From: Bacteroidota bacterium
Lineage (GTDB): Bacteria; Bacteroidota; Ignavibacteria; UBA10030; UBA8401
Assembly (NCBI GenBank): GCA_041658205.1
Contig: JBBAAO010000002.1
Coordinates: forward strand, 55,310 to 119,309
Direction of reading: 5' to 3'
Length of the DNA stretch: 64,000 nt
The notes under the pieces were generated by a model. The model saw only the letters and a program-made list of their open reading frames with translations. It did not search any database and was not told the DNA's origin. Position numbers and translations under genes: made by a program. Shown in pieces: positions 1 through 10,010 of the stretch (positions are counted from its first letter, which is position 1; every line of letters starts with the position of its first letter).

Positions 1-119
1 AAGAGAAGAGAAATGCTGTTACCCCAAATACATTCCAACAACCGGAAAGGTGAAAAAATGAAACGGATTTCTCAATAGTTATTAACTCATGCCGTCGACG
101 GAAAGAGCAAAAGGAATTT

Positions 120-686
120 TTATTCCTCATTCTTCACCGCAAATATTTTTTCCAACGCATCGACTATTTTTTTCTCGTCTCCCTGTTTATAGCCGATGGA
201 TTTGTAAACGATTATTCCATTTTTATCGAACAACAGACTGGTGGGATAACTTTGCACATTGAATTGTTGTGATATTTCTCCTTTTGGATCAGTGGAAACG
301 AGGAACGAATAATCGTTTGAAGAGATGTAGGTAGAGACCTTTGCAACACTTTTTTGATTGTCCTGATTAATGGCGAGGATGGAGAATCCTTTTTCCTTGT
401 ACCGATCATAGATCGTCTGGAATTGTTTCATTTCCACTTTGCACGGTTCACACCACAGCGCCCAAAAGTTAACCAACACCGGACCATTTGCAATCAACAA
501 TTCTAACGATACTTCGTCCCCTTGAATAGATTGTACCACAAGATTCTGGTGTTCCTGGGCGAGAGTAAATGACAATAAAAATAATGTCATTTCAAATGTA
601 GCGTAGAACCTAAGAAATGGTTTATTTGTCGACTTACCGCACATACGTTCTCCTTGTGTAAGATAAAAATGCGAAAGGAAAATCAC
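120..686 (-). CDS. TlpA/ResA-like thiol-disulfide oxidoreductase (thioredoxin fold); true start probably internal
   Basis: CxxC motif 'WALWCEPCK' in a thioredoxin-like context; hydrophobic N-terminal segment. Confidence 0.7.
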   Translation of the reverse strand: MIFLSHFYLTQGERMCGKSTNKPFLRFYATFEMTLFLLSFTLAQEHQNLVVQSIQGDEVSLELLIANGPVLVNFWALWCEPCKVEMKQFQTIYDRYKEKGFSILAINQDNQKSVAKVSTYISSNDYSFLVSTDPKGEISQQFNVQSYPTSLLFDKNGIIVYKSIGYKQGDEKKIVDALEKIFAVKNEE

Positions 687-711
687 AAAAGTATCACAAG
701 AAAATTCAAAA

Positions 712-1323
712 TTACGGTATTAGATTATGCATCCAGCCCCTTATATCGCTTAAACAAACATCGTTGATTTGATGTGCCATTGCATATTCGTTATACGTAA
801 CGTGTGCGCCGGATTTGGAAAGAAGTTCCTTGGTTTTTCGTGCGGCAGAAATGGGAATAATTGGATCATTAATCCCATGAGAAATAAAAATAGGAAAACT
901 GAGTAATTCGTTAAGTTTATATTCTTTTTCCAACTGCAATGGAGCAAATCCGCTCAGTGCTAAAACTCCGTTGCAGAGTTTCGGTTGAGTTAACGCAAGA
1001 ACATACGACATAATTGCCCCCATACTGAAACCGAGAAGAAAGAGTTTGTCCGTCGTAAGTGAATTGATGAATGAAAGGATTTTACTTTTACTCTGTAGGA
1101 AACTTTTCTCATCGACGGTACCATCTTCAAACAAGTCGAACCAAGTATAACCTCCCCATTCGTACTCGTTTGGTGCACGAAGAGAATAAATATCAAGCCG
1201 AGAATCGAGATGACTTTTTAAGCCGAACAGATCGTGTTCATCTGAACCGCGTCCATGAAGCATGATGAGTGTTGATTTGGACCCAGAAGGTTGCGATGCG
1301 GCGTGATAGACAGAATGGAGCAT
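712..1323 (-). CDS. alpha/beta hydrolase, phospholipase/carboxylesterase family
   Basis: 'MLHGRGSDEHDL' N-terminal motif and nucleophile elbow 'GFSMGA' (GxSxG). Confidence 0.65.
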   Translation of the reverse strand: MLHSVYHAASQPSGSKSTLIMLHGRGSDEHDLFGLKSHLDSRLDIYSLRAPNEYEWGGYTWFDLFEDGTVDEKSFLQSKSKILSFINSLTTDKLFLLGFSMGAIMSYVLALTQPKLCNGVLALSGFAPLQLEKEYKLNELLSFPIFISHGINDPIIPISAARKTKELLSKSGAHVTYNEYAMAHQINDVCLSDIRGWMHNLIP

Positions 1324-1361
1324 AGAAAATAAATAATGTTATTAATGGTAATGTTGTATCC

Positions 1362-2282
1362 TCAAAAGATCGATGAGCCCAATTTTGTTGTCAGCAGCTC
1401 CAGTGCTTTCATTCCCATCACCGAATTTCCTTTCTCGTTTAATCTCGGACTCCATGTAGCGACAGCATATCGATGCGGATGGAGTGCGACGATTCCTCCG
1501 CCAACACCGCTTTTTCCGGGCAGACCGACAGTAAACGAGAATTCTCCCGCTTCATCGTAAAAACCGCAAGTTTGCATAATGGCGTTCAAACGTTTCGTCT
1601 GGCTTTTCGTGAGCAACGCTTCGCTTGTTGACGATAATTTTCCGTGATTGGCAAAGAGAAGAAATGCCGTGGCGAGATCTTTGCACGACATTTCAATGGA
1701 GCATATATGAAAATAGAGATCTAACACATCGTCAACATCGTGATGGATGTTGTTAAAGGATTTTAAGAAATTTCCAAGAGCAATATTACGAAAGCCATAC
1801 ATTTTTTCGGATGCGGCAACCTTTTCGTTAAATCCGATCTTTGTATTGTTTGCCAGCGTTCGGACGAACGAGAGAATTTCCTTTTTGGGGTTGTGTAATT
1901 GATCGATCAGCACATCACATACAACCATTGCCCCGGCGTTGATTAAAGGATTTCTCGGAATTCCCTTTTCATATTCCAATTGAACCAGAGAATTGAATGA
2001 ACTGCCGGACGGCTCTACTCCGACCCGCTTAAATATTTTTTCACCGATCAGTGTAACGACCTGTGCAAGCGCAAAGACTTTTGAGATGCTTTGAATAGAA
2101 AAATTTTCGTTATGATTACCGACCGAAAAATCATGCCCTTCGAGCGTTCGCAAATGTATACCGAATTTGGTTGAATCTACCGAGGCGAGTTCTGGAATAT
2201 AATTTGCGACATTCCCTTCTTGCTGCAGAGGGAGTACTTCAGCGTGAATGGAATCAAGAACAGACTGATAGTGCAGAGACAT
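1362..2282 (-). CDS. glsA: glutaminase
   Basis: 306 aa; serine-dependent glutaminase signature 'GLPGKSGVGGGIVA'. Confidence 0.8.
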   Translation of the reverse strand: MSLHYQSVLDSIHAEVLPLQQEGNVANYIPELASVDSTKFGIHLRTLEGHDFSVGNHNENFSIQSISKVFALAQVVTLIGEKIFKRVGVEPSGSSFNSLVQLEYEKGIPRNPLINAGAMVVCDVLIDQLHNPKKEILSFVRTLANNTKIGFNEKVAASEKMYGFRNIALGNFLKSFNNIHHDVDDVLDLYFHICSIEMSCKDLATAFLLFANHGKLSSTSEALLTKSQTKRLNAIMQTCGFYDEAGEFSFTVGLPGKSGVGGGIVALHPHRYAVATWSPRLNEKGNSVMGMKALELLTTKLGSSIF

Positions 2283-2291
2283 AACGATAGA

Positions 2292-2888
2292 TTATTTGAG
2301 AATGTTTTGAACACCAACGCGGATCATCATTACCGCAATTGCTACCATGAAAAGGGCGGCTACCTTTGCAAACGCTTTTGTTCCACCCTCGCCCATTAAT
2401 TTGATAACGAGATCGGAATGACGAAAGGTGATCCACACAATGATCAAATTCAACAGAAGTGAAACCATTGAAATCCAATATCCATACGCATCAACAATAA
2501 TGATGATAGCGGTCAGTGCGCCCGGTCCCATGACCAACGGAATTCCAATGGGAACAACACCTACCGATTTGGCTGTTTCCTTTCGTTCATCACTAGAGAA
2601 AAGCAGATCGGTCACGGCAAGCACAAGCAAAACAATTCCACCACCAATTCGAAAATCATTTTCGGTAATTCCCAGAAATTTGAAAATCACTTTTCCCAGT
2701 ACAAGAAACACCAGAGCCACCGCTCCTGCCGTCAGTGATGCTTCGATGATCAGTTGGCGACGAGACTTTAATGTCATCCCCTGTGTTAGTGAAACAAAAA
2801 TAGGAACAAGTCCCGGCACATCAATCGCCACAAACAGCGGGATGAATGCCATGATTAAATCATTTAAAATGTTCCAGACTTCTTTCAT
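2292..2888 (-). CDS. marC: MarC family (UPF0056) integral membrane protein
   Basis: 198 aa polytopic membrane protein; N-terminus 'FIPLFVAIDVPGLVPIF' typical of MarC. Confidence 0.7.
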   Translation of the reverse strand: MKEVWNILNDLIMAFIPLFVAIDVPGLVPIFVSLTQGMTLKSRRQLIIEASLTAGAVALVFLVLGKVIFKFLGITENDFRIGGGIVLLVLAVTDLLFSSDERKETAKSVGVVPIGIPLVMGPGALTAIIIIVDAYGYWISMVSLLLNLIIVWITFRHSDLVIKLMGEGGTKAFAKVAALFMVAIAVMMIRVGVQNILK

Positions 2889-2971
2889 TAACTCTATTGT
2901 TTTAAAAAAATAAGATTGGATGTATCGAAATAATGCTGAACAAAAAAATCAAAATATTGTCATTACATCAA

Positions 2972-3229
2972 TTATGATTTTAATTCTTTTAAAGCCGCCT
3001 CAATAATTGCCACCGTCTCTTTTTCCGAAATTAAAATTCTCGCACCGGATTGACGCACAGCGTCCGCGACAGTTCCCTTCTTTTCTTTCAGCATATTCCA
3101 TACGTGGTAACCCAAACGGTATTGATCATTTGGTTCTTTTGTCGGTATCGTTTTAACACTGTTATAGGCGATTTTTTCTAATGAAGCATCGTCGAATGGT
3201 CGAACGGATGAAGGAGCAATAGTTGTCAT
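2972..3229 (-). CDS. hypothetical small protein (85 aa)
   Basis: Clean ORF co-directional with and 50 nt downstream of the kinase-like gene; no recognisable motif. Confidence 0.35.
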   Translation of the reverse strand: MTTIAPSSVRPFDDASLEKIAYNSVKTIPTKEPNDQYRLGYHVWNMLKEKKGTVADAVRQSGARILISEKETVAIIEAALKELKS

Positions 3230-3281
3230 GGAGAGTTCCCTGATGTTATTTGGTATTTTTCTGCGTTAATATAATCAACGC

Positions 3282-4517
3282 TTACTTGAGAAGCATGTTC
3301 TCTTTCAGACCCAATATCTTCTTCATATTATCTGCGAGCTGTTCCAAAATGGTTTTATAATGATCCATCGTTCTAAATCGCTCTGCGTAATCTCGCATGG
3401 CCGTAATCATTCCAACATCTTTTCCAGCCCGCTCGCTTAAATAATACTTGTTGTTCATAATCTCGATGTACAACTCTGCAGCCGTTTTTCCCTTAAACAC
3501 ATCTAAAATATTTTCAGATCGGAATAACTCGCAGATAGGAACAAAGATCGTTTTATACCAATCCCGCGTAGCTGCGGCAAGTGTTACATCGTTGCGTAAC
3601 CGTTCGCTCATATACCATTTATGTTCTTCAATATGTTTTAAGAATTGATCGACATACGCAGGATTGAAAATGCTCCCGAGAAATTTATCAATATTGAACG
3701 ACGTCTGTTGTTGAAATATTTTTTTCTTTACTTCAACATTATATAACAATGTATATCGCTCTTGGATGTATTTTTTATCTTCTTCCATTCCAAGATTGTC
3801 GCGAACCACACCGCTGCTCCGCAAATCTTCGTTGATCCAATCCATCGATTCAAAGAAAAAATTCAAATCTGCTTCTCGCATAGATTGTGAAATCTGCGGA
3901 TGGATCTCAATCGTCTCCGCATCCGATAGATATGCAATAAGGACCGTTTGTATACCGACGAACGGTGTTTCTCTCTTTGAAAATTTAATAAGGACGTTGG
4001 CAAGAGATGCGTCGCCCCAATAGACCCCGTTGCTGTGCAGTTGAATGAATAACCGTACAATCGCATCCCAAATTTTCTGCCGATTTTCTTTTCGGAAATT
4101 TCTTGAGTAAAGAAGAGAATCAGGAAGAACTTTATCGACTAAAACGGTAACGGTATGGGAAATGAAATTATCTTCGTATTGAATTCCGACCGGTGTTTCA
4201 ATGGCAATTGATTCCTCTTCCCGCACCACAAATCCCGCCGGGACAAGAGTGTGAATACCGCGCAGCAATAGTTGTTCGTAATGATCGATCTCTTTTTTGG
4301 AGATCTTTTCACTGATTTCTTTAATGCCAAAAGAAAATCTTCCAGTTTTGACAAAGACGACCACGTGACGCGAAATTCCCCGTTTTATATTTAAGATATT
4401 CACGCCGCATTTGTGCCAATCACCAATCGGAACGTTCCATGGTAATTTTAGTAGTTCTTCTTCAAAGATCGGGTCGACGTGAAAACGGATATGGGGGGAG
4501 AGTGTCATGACACTCAA
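3282..4517 (-). CDS. hypothetical protein: kinase-like N-terminal region plus C-terminal domain with internal tandem motif (DUF4032-like)
   Basis: 'VYWGDASLANVLI' resembles the catalytic-loop region of Kdo/RIO-like kinases. The C-terminus has a duplicated ~30-aa motif 'KWYMSERLRNDV...ATRDWY' / 'KYYLSERAGKDV...AMRDYA'. Confidence 0.45.
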   Translation of the reverse strand: MSVMTLSPHIRFHVDPIFEEELLKLPWNVPIGDWHKCGVNILNIKRGISRHVVVFVKTGRFSFGIKEISEKISKKEIDHYEQLLLRGIHTLVPAGFVVREEESIAIETPVGIQYEDNFISHTVTVLVDKVLPDSLLYSRNFRKENRQKIWDAIVRLFIQLHSNGVYWGDASLANVLIKFSKRETPFVGIQTVLIAYLSDAETIEIHPQISQSMREADLNFFFESMDWINEDLRSSGVVRDNLGMEEDKKYIQERYTLLYNVEVKKKIFQQQTSFNIDKFLGSIFNPAYVDQFLKHIEEHKWYMSERLRNDVTLAAATRDWYKTIFVPICELFRSENILDVFKGKTAAELYIEIMNNKYYLSERAGKDVGMITAMRDYAERFRTMDHYKTILEQLADNMKKILGLKENMLLK

Positions 4518-4607
4518 AGATAAGAATATTTCTCTAGGATATGTTGGAACAGTCTTACACCAAGAACAAACGTGATGAAAAAATAAAGATACTCTCGGAA
4601 AGAGCGT

Positions 4608-5231
4608 TTATTTCTTTCCGTATTTCACTTGTAGGTATTTTATAATTCCGGGCAGGAGTGATAATAAAATCACGACGGCGATAACGTAATGAATATTTTT
4701 ATCGATGTTCGGAATGGTTGAACCGAGAAAATATCCGATGAACAACATTCCCGGAATCCATAACACTGCTCCGATAACATTGTAGGTTGCAAACTTCATA
4801 TACTTCATTTGGGCGATACCAGCAACAACGGGCGCAAACGTTCGTGCAAACGGCATAAATTGTGCGGCAACAATGGTGAATGGTCCGTACTTGTCATAAA
4901 AGGTTTTTGTATTGATCAGATGCTGTTTTTTAAAGAAGCGAGAATCTTCCCGAGAATATAATGCCTGACCACTCTTTCTTCCGATCGCATAGCCAGTTGC
5001 ATTTCCAATAATAGCGGCGGCAAGCAACAATGGTGTTAATAAAGCGATATCAAAATATCCCGCAGCAGCAAACAATCCGGCAGTCACTAAAAGCGAATCT
5101 CCCGGCAGAAAAAATCCGACCAGAAGACCGGTCTCAGAAAAAATAATCATTGCCAGTCCGGGATATCCCGCCCAGCTGACAAGTTCTTTGATGTTGAGAA
5201 GCTTATGAAAAAATTCAGAAATAAAATCCAT
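4608..5231 (-). CDS. dedA: DedA/SNARE-associated family membrane protein
   Basis: 207 aa; DedA core 'GDSLLVTAGLFAAAGYFDIALL...GNATGYAIGRKSG'. Confidence 0.75.
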   Translation of the reverse strand: MDFISEFFHKLLNIKELVSWAGYPGLAMIIFSETGLLVGFFLPGDSLLVTAGLFAAAGYFDIALLTPLLLAAAIIGNATGYAIGRKSGQALYSREDSRFFKKQHLINTKTFYDKYGPFTIVAAQFMPFARTFAPVVAGIAQMKYMKFATYNVIGAVLWIPGMLFIGYFLGSTIPNIDKNIHYVIAVVILLSLLPGIIKYLQVKYGKK

Positions 5232-5278
5232 ACAATAACACCATAGAAAAAATTTGCGAACAATATTATGAAACTCTT

Positions 5279-6130
5279 TTACAGCGGCTGTAAAATTCCG
5301 GTGTTTAACAGATACAACAAACCGAGACCAACAACAATTCGATAAATAATAAAGAGATATGTTGTATGTGATTTTAAATAATTTAACAAAAATGCGATAG
5401 AGGCATAACCGACAATTCCCGAAACAACGGTAGCGACAACCAAGCTTACAATTCCATCACTTGAAGAAAGCAAAACTTCTCGTTCTTTTATTAATTCTAA
5501 AATTCCGGCCGCTAACACCGAAGGAAGAGAAAGTAAAAATGAAAATCGAGCCGCTGTTTCGCGAGTCATTCCTGTAAACAATCCTCCGGTAATGGTTGTT
5601 CCGGAGCGGGATGAGCCCGGAATAAGGGCGACGGACTGCCAAAATCCAACAACAACGACCTCTTTCCAGGAAAGATCCTCAAGTGTTTTCAACTTTTCGC
5701 CGCGGGCTAGCTTCTTTTTGGTTATCCATTCGGCAATCATCAACACAATCGCCAGCAGAATCAACGAGGCGCTGATAACATAAAGGGATCGGAACGATGT
5801 CTCAATTTGGTGTTTTAAGAGTAAACCAAAAAAAACGATTGGCACCGTTCCTGTTGCAATCATCCAACCGAGCTGTGCGTCGCGATTATATAGTAGTCTA
5901 CCAGACATCAGACCTTTAATGACTGCCGAAGTAATGGTAATAATATCTTTTCGAAAGTAGAATAGAACCGCTACGAGCGTTCCAAACTGAATGACTGCGG
6001 TAAACGCAGCGCCGGGGTCTTCCCATCCAATCAACGCCGGAATAATACGCAAATGTCCCGTGCTGCTGATGGGGAGAAATTCTGTCAATCCTTGAATTAC
6101 GCCGAGTATAACAGCTTGAATAATGTCCAT
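5279..6130 (-). CDS. uppP: undecaprenyl-diphosphate phosphatase
   Basis: 283 aa; UppP/BacA N-terminal signature 'GLTEFLPISSTGHL'. Confidence 0.9.
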   Translation of the reverse strand: MDIIQAVILGVIQGLTEFLPISSTGHLRIIPALIGWEDPGAAFTAVIQFGTLVAVLFYFRKDIITITSAVIKGLMSGRLLYNRDAQLGWMIATGTVPIVFFGLLLKHQIETSFRSLYVISASLILLAIVLMIAEWITKKKLARGEKLKTLEDLSWKEVVVVGFWQSVALIPGSSRSGTTITGGLFTGMTRETAARFSFLLSLPSVLAAGILELIKEREVLLSSSDGIVSLVVATVVSGIVGYASIAFLLNYLKSHTTYLFIIYRIVVGLGLLYLLNTGILQPL

Positions 6131-6331
6131 TGTATGTGTGAGATTAAAAAAAAAGAGGAGTGTTCATCTCCTCTTACTGTACATATTAAGGTACGAAAAA
6201 AATACATTCCTTTCAAACGGAGCATTTTTATAAAAACAGTTGAATTCTTTCAATTTATATTGTACTCTAGCCGAGCATAACAGACGATAGTCCGAAGCTC
6301 TATATTTCTTTCACATATCAAATCAAAAAAA

Positions 6332-7750
6332 ATGACTACACCATCCTCCACCAAATCCCAATTTGGAACACTGATCACAGTCTTCTTTTTTTGGGGATTT
6401 CTTGCCGCATCGAACGGTGTCTTTATTCCGTTTTGCAAGGAACACTTTAGTCTCACACAGTTTCAATCGCAGCTGATCGATCTTGCATTCTATTTAGCAT
6501 ACTTTGTCGGTTCGCTTGCTCTCTATTTAGTAGAACGGTTAATGAAAATCGATTTCCTTAATAAGATTGGTTATAAGATGGGAATCGCATACGGCCTTTT
6601 TGTTTCTGCGGCTGGCGCTATAGCAATGATTGGCGCTGTGAACAGTGGAAACTACTGGCTGATTCTTGGTTCACTCTTTCTGATTGCAATAGGATTCTCC
6701 CTTCAGCAAACCTGTGCACAACCATTTGCTATTGCACTTGGTAATCCGGAAACCGGCGCACACCGTCTAAACCTTGCGGGTGGAATGAATTCTTTCGGCA
6801 CAACAATTGGTCCGCTGATCGTTAGTTACTTTCTCTTTGGCGGATTGACTAAAAATGTCCAGGTGGAGATCGGTTCTGTCAATCAAATGTATATGTTTCT
6901 TGCAGGATTATTCATTGCCGTTGCACTCTTCTTCATCTTTTCCAATCTTCCCAAAATTACGCAGGACGAACACATTGAAGCTGGTCGCGGCGCATTGAAA
7001 TATCCGCAGCTTGTGTATGGTATGGCGGCAATTTTTGTTTATGTCGGCGTAGAAGTGACAATCCAAAGCAATATGGGTGCGTTGTTGAAATTGCCCGAAT
7101 TCGGTGGATACGACGAATCCGAAATCGCGCATTTTATTTCTCTTTTTTGGGGAAGCTTAATGATCGGACGATGGACCGGAGCAATTACAGTATTCAATCT
7201 TCCTAAAATGTGGAAAAATATTCTGACCGTGGTCGTTCCCTACGTTGCCTTTGGAGTGGTGCTTGGTGCGAACTCGTTAGGAGGGACCGATGTAAGCGAT
7301 CTTTATCCTTACGCATTTGTGATTGCTATTCAGATTGTTGGATTTTTTATCGGGCAGGAAAAACCGGCAAAGACTCTTTTGGTTTTTGCGCTCCTGGGAA
7401 TGGCGGCAATGTCTGTTGGAATGTTAACGACCGGTAAAATTGCCATCTTTGCATTTATCAGCGGCGGATTATTCTGTTCAGTGATGTGGCCTTGTATTTT
7501 TGCACTTTCTGTTGCAGGACTTGGAAAATATACCAGCCAAGGTTCCACATTCCTTATTATGATGATTCTTGGCGGCGCGCTCATTCCTCCGTTCCAAGGT
7601 TATATGAGCGATGTCTTGAACGATATTCACATGTCATATATCGTAACGATTTTCTTGTTTGGATACCTGGCCTTCTTTGCGATGAAGGCAAAATCAGTAT
7701 TAAAAGCACAAGGTATCGATTACGAAACAAGCACAGCAGCGGCACATTAA
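6332..7750 (+). CDS. MFS sugar transporter (FucP / glucose-galactose GluP type)
   Basis: 472 aa, 12-TM profile; N-terminus '[22 protein letters not shown]' typical of FucP/GluP permeases. Confidence 0.7.
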   Translation: MTTPSSTKSQFGTLITVFFFWGFLAASNGVFIPFCKEHFSLTQFQSQLIDLAFYLAYFVGSLALYLVERLMKIDFLNKIGYKMGIAYGLFVSAAGAIAMIGAVNSGNYWLILGSLFLIAIGFSLQQTCAQPFAIALGNPETGAHRLNLAGGMNSFGTTIGPLIVSYFLFGGLTKNVQVEIGSVNQMYMFLAGLFIAVALFFIFSNLPKITQDEHIEAGRGALKYPQLVYGMAAIFVYVGVEVTIQSNMGALLKLPEFGGYDESEIAHFISLFWGSLMIGRWTGAITVFNLPKMWKNILTVVVPYVAFGVVLGANSLGGTDVSDLYPYAFVIAIQIVGFFIGQEKPAKTLLVFALLGMAAMSVGMLTTGKIAIFAFISGGLFCSVMWPCIFALSVAGLGKYTSQGSTFLIMMILGGALIPPFQGYMSDVLNDIHMSYIVTIFLFGYLAFFAMKAKSVLKAQGIDYETSTAAAH

Positions 7751-7767
7751 GAACGATTATCATTAGT

Positions 7768-7808
7768 AAACAGAAACGTCCCGTTATGGGACGTTTCTGT
7801 TTTTAAAG
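7768..7808 (+). terminator. rho-independent terminator between convergent MFS transporter and spoVG
   Basis: Perfect 12-bp stem cagaaacgtccc / gggacgtttctg with loop gttat, followed by ttttt. Confidence 0.55.
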
Positions 7809-7844
7809 AGTTAGTTTATCGCTTATGGAAATTGTAGGGATAGA

Positions 7845-8099
7845 TTATGAGGACAATTTTGAATATTCTTCCAAAGCTTTTTCTGTCAACTTATCCTTCA
7901 CCTCTTTTGACATCAGCACTTTGTCCCAATACTTTCCTTTATCCTTTTTGTCTTGATCTGAAGGGACTCCTATAAATAGACCATTTTTGCCATCGGCGAT
8001 TTTGAATCCTTTGATCGTGATTCCTTCCGATGTTTCGAGATCGAAAAACGCTTTCAAATTATTCGATCCGTCAAACTGTTTCATGTTTACGACATTCAT
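7845..8099 (-). CDS. spoVG: SpoVG family protein
   Basis: 84 aa; 'IADGKNGLFIGVPS...KEVKDKLTEKALEEY' matches the SpoVG core (xDGxNGLFVAMPS). Confidence 0.75.
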   Translation of the reverse strand: MNVVNMKQFDGSNNLKAFFDLETSEGITIKGFKIADGKNGLFIGVPSDQDKKDKGKYWDKVLMSKEVKDKLTEKALEEYSKLSS

Positions 8100-8287
8100 A
8101 CTGCCTCCTATAAATAATTGTGGGAAAAGTGTTGCGTTGATTTATGTTGAGGCAAAATTAAAAAGGGAGAATATCGCAGTCAAGAATTATGCATTGACAA
8201 CAAAGGTAACCACTAAGAAGTAGGCGTGGAGAATGTTTTATAAGGGGAAAAGCGTTGGCAATAGAGACGTGTTTGACAAAGCTACCA

Positions 8288-9244
8288 TCAAACGATGCGA
8301 TATTCTTTTCCTTCAATCGCCGCTCTTACAAAACCATTGGCTCGTTGCAGTCGTTTTGTTGCTTCATTGTAATCGACATTTGCTTTAATCATCACGAGGG
8401 CAGATTTTACGTGTCCTTTTGCTTCGTTCAAATATTGTTCTGCGGCCACATAATCGACACCAGTAATTGTCATCACAATTCGCTTTGAGCGTTCAACAAG
8501 TTTTTTGTTCGTCATCTGAAGATCAATCATCATGTTCTCGTAGATCTTTCCTAGACGGATCATAGCTGTTGTGGTTATCATATTAAGGATCAGTTTTTGT
8601 GCAGTTCCACTTTTCATTCTTGTGGAGCCCATCACCACTTCTGGACCGACCTCGGCACACATAGCAACATCAAGTACTTCCGCCAAATGTTTGTATTCGG
8701 GAAGATCCAGATTTCCTCTTGGATTGGTGGTGACATATAAGGTTTTTGCGCCGAGTTCTTTTGCCCGCCGTACTGCACCAATTACATACGGCGTTCTCAT
8801 GCTTGCGGCAATTCCGCACACTATATCGTTGGGTCCGACAGATTTTTGATCGATATCGTGTGCGCCCCCTTCGGGTTTGTCTTCTGCTCCTTCCACGGCG
8901 CGAAACATCGCCCCTTCACCTCCCGCAATCATTCCTTGCACCATGTCGAACGGGACACCGAATGTCGGTGGACATTCGCTAGCGTCTACAACGCCAACTC
9001 GGCCGCTCGTTCCTGCGCCAACATAAATCAATCTGCCCCCATTAAGGAAACCTTTTACAACTAGTTCGACCGCTTGGGCGATGTAAGGAATTTGGGTTTC
9101 GACGGCAAGTGCCACCTGTTTATCTTCGTTGTTGATAATAGTGAGAATTTCTGTAATTGAACGAGCATCAATATCCATTGAATTGGCATTGCGCTGCTCG
9201 GTGGAAAGTTTTTGCAGTTGCTGAAAAAGTTCTTGGGTAGACAA
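8288..9244 (-). CDS. murQ: N-acetylmuramic acid 6-phosphate etherase
   Basis: SIS domain; 'LIYVGAGTSGRVGVVDASECPPTFGV' is the MurQ signature. Confidence 0.85.
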   Translation of the reverse strand: MSTQELFQQLQKLSTEQRNANSMDIDARSITEILTIINNEDKQVALAVETQIPYIAQAVELVVKGFLNGGRLIYVGAGTSGRVGVVDASECPPTFGVPFDMVQGMIAGGEGAMFRAVEGAEDKPEGGAHDIDQKSVGPNDIVCGIAASMRTPYVIGAVRRAKELGAKTLYVTTNPRGNLDLPEYKHLAEVLDVAMCAEVGPEVVMGSTRMKSGTAQKLILNMITTTAMIRLGKIYENMMIDLQMTNKKLVERSKRIVMTITGVDYVAAEQYLNEAKGHVKSALVMIKANVDYNEATKRLQRANGFVRAAIEGKEYRIV

Positions 9245-9254
9245 ATGAGCTCCG

Positions 9255-9962
9255 TTATTTCATTGTTGCGATAATGAGTTTCTTATCCAGATTATCAAAC
9301 TCTTCGCTTCCCGGAAAGAGTAAAGGAACACTCTGAAGAAAAATGTTTGGAGAAGACTTTTTCACTAGGAGCTCTTCTTCTTCAATCTCTGCACCTTTAA
9401 ATGTAATCAAAGATGGGGCGGAAATCGAAATCTTTTCAGCTCCTATATTACTGCCGCTTTGCTTTTTAAGAAAGGGTATACCCCATTCAATAAGATTTGA
9501 AAGGCTACTTACTGAGCGTACTACGACAGCATCAAAAGAACGGAAAAAATCTGGTTTGTTTTGTACTTCTTCTGCACGTCCCCAAATGGTTTTTACATTT
9601 TTTAATTCTAATGAATCAGCCATCGATTGAACGGCAACCAATTTTTTTTGTGTTGAATCAAGCAATACAAACGAGCAATCGGGTAGCATAATTGCCAGTG
9701 GTATTCCGGGAAATCCCCCACCAGTTCCAAGATCCAGGATCTTCGATCCGGAAAAAAACTGTATTTTAAAAAGCATTGAAAGAGAAAGAGAAATATGTCC
9801 CCTCCAAATATTCTCCTCGTTTTTTCTGGAAACAAGATTGATTTTTTTATTCCAATCCAAAAGCAGATTTTTGAACAATGATAGCCGGCGGATTTGTATG
9901 TCCGTTATAAATAGATCGTTTTTCTTAAAAAGTGTATATAGCCAGAGTTCTTCGTTGTTCAT
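9255..9962 (-). CDS. rsmG: 16S rRNA (guanine527-N7)-methyltransferase
   Basis: SAM-binding 'LDLGTGGGFPGIPLAI'; sits immediately downstream of mnmG. Confidence 0.85.
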   Translation of the reverse strand: MNNEELWLYTLFKKNDLFITDIQIRRLSLFKNLLLDWNKKINLVSRKNEENIWRGHISLSLSMLFKIQFFSGSKILDLGTGGGFPGIPLAIMLPDCSFVLLDSTQKKLVAVQSMADSLELKNVKTIWGRAEEVQNKPDFFRSFDAVVVRSVSSLSNLIEWGIPFLKKQSGSNIGAEKISISAPSLITFKGAEIEEEELLVKKSSPNIFLQSVPLLFPGSEEFDNLDKKLIIATMK

Positions 9963-10010
9963 TGTTTCACGTGAAACTTGTACAGAACGGGATGTCTTTC
10001 CGTTGTACCG

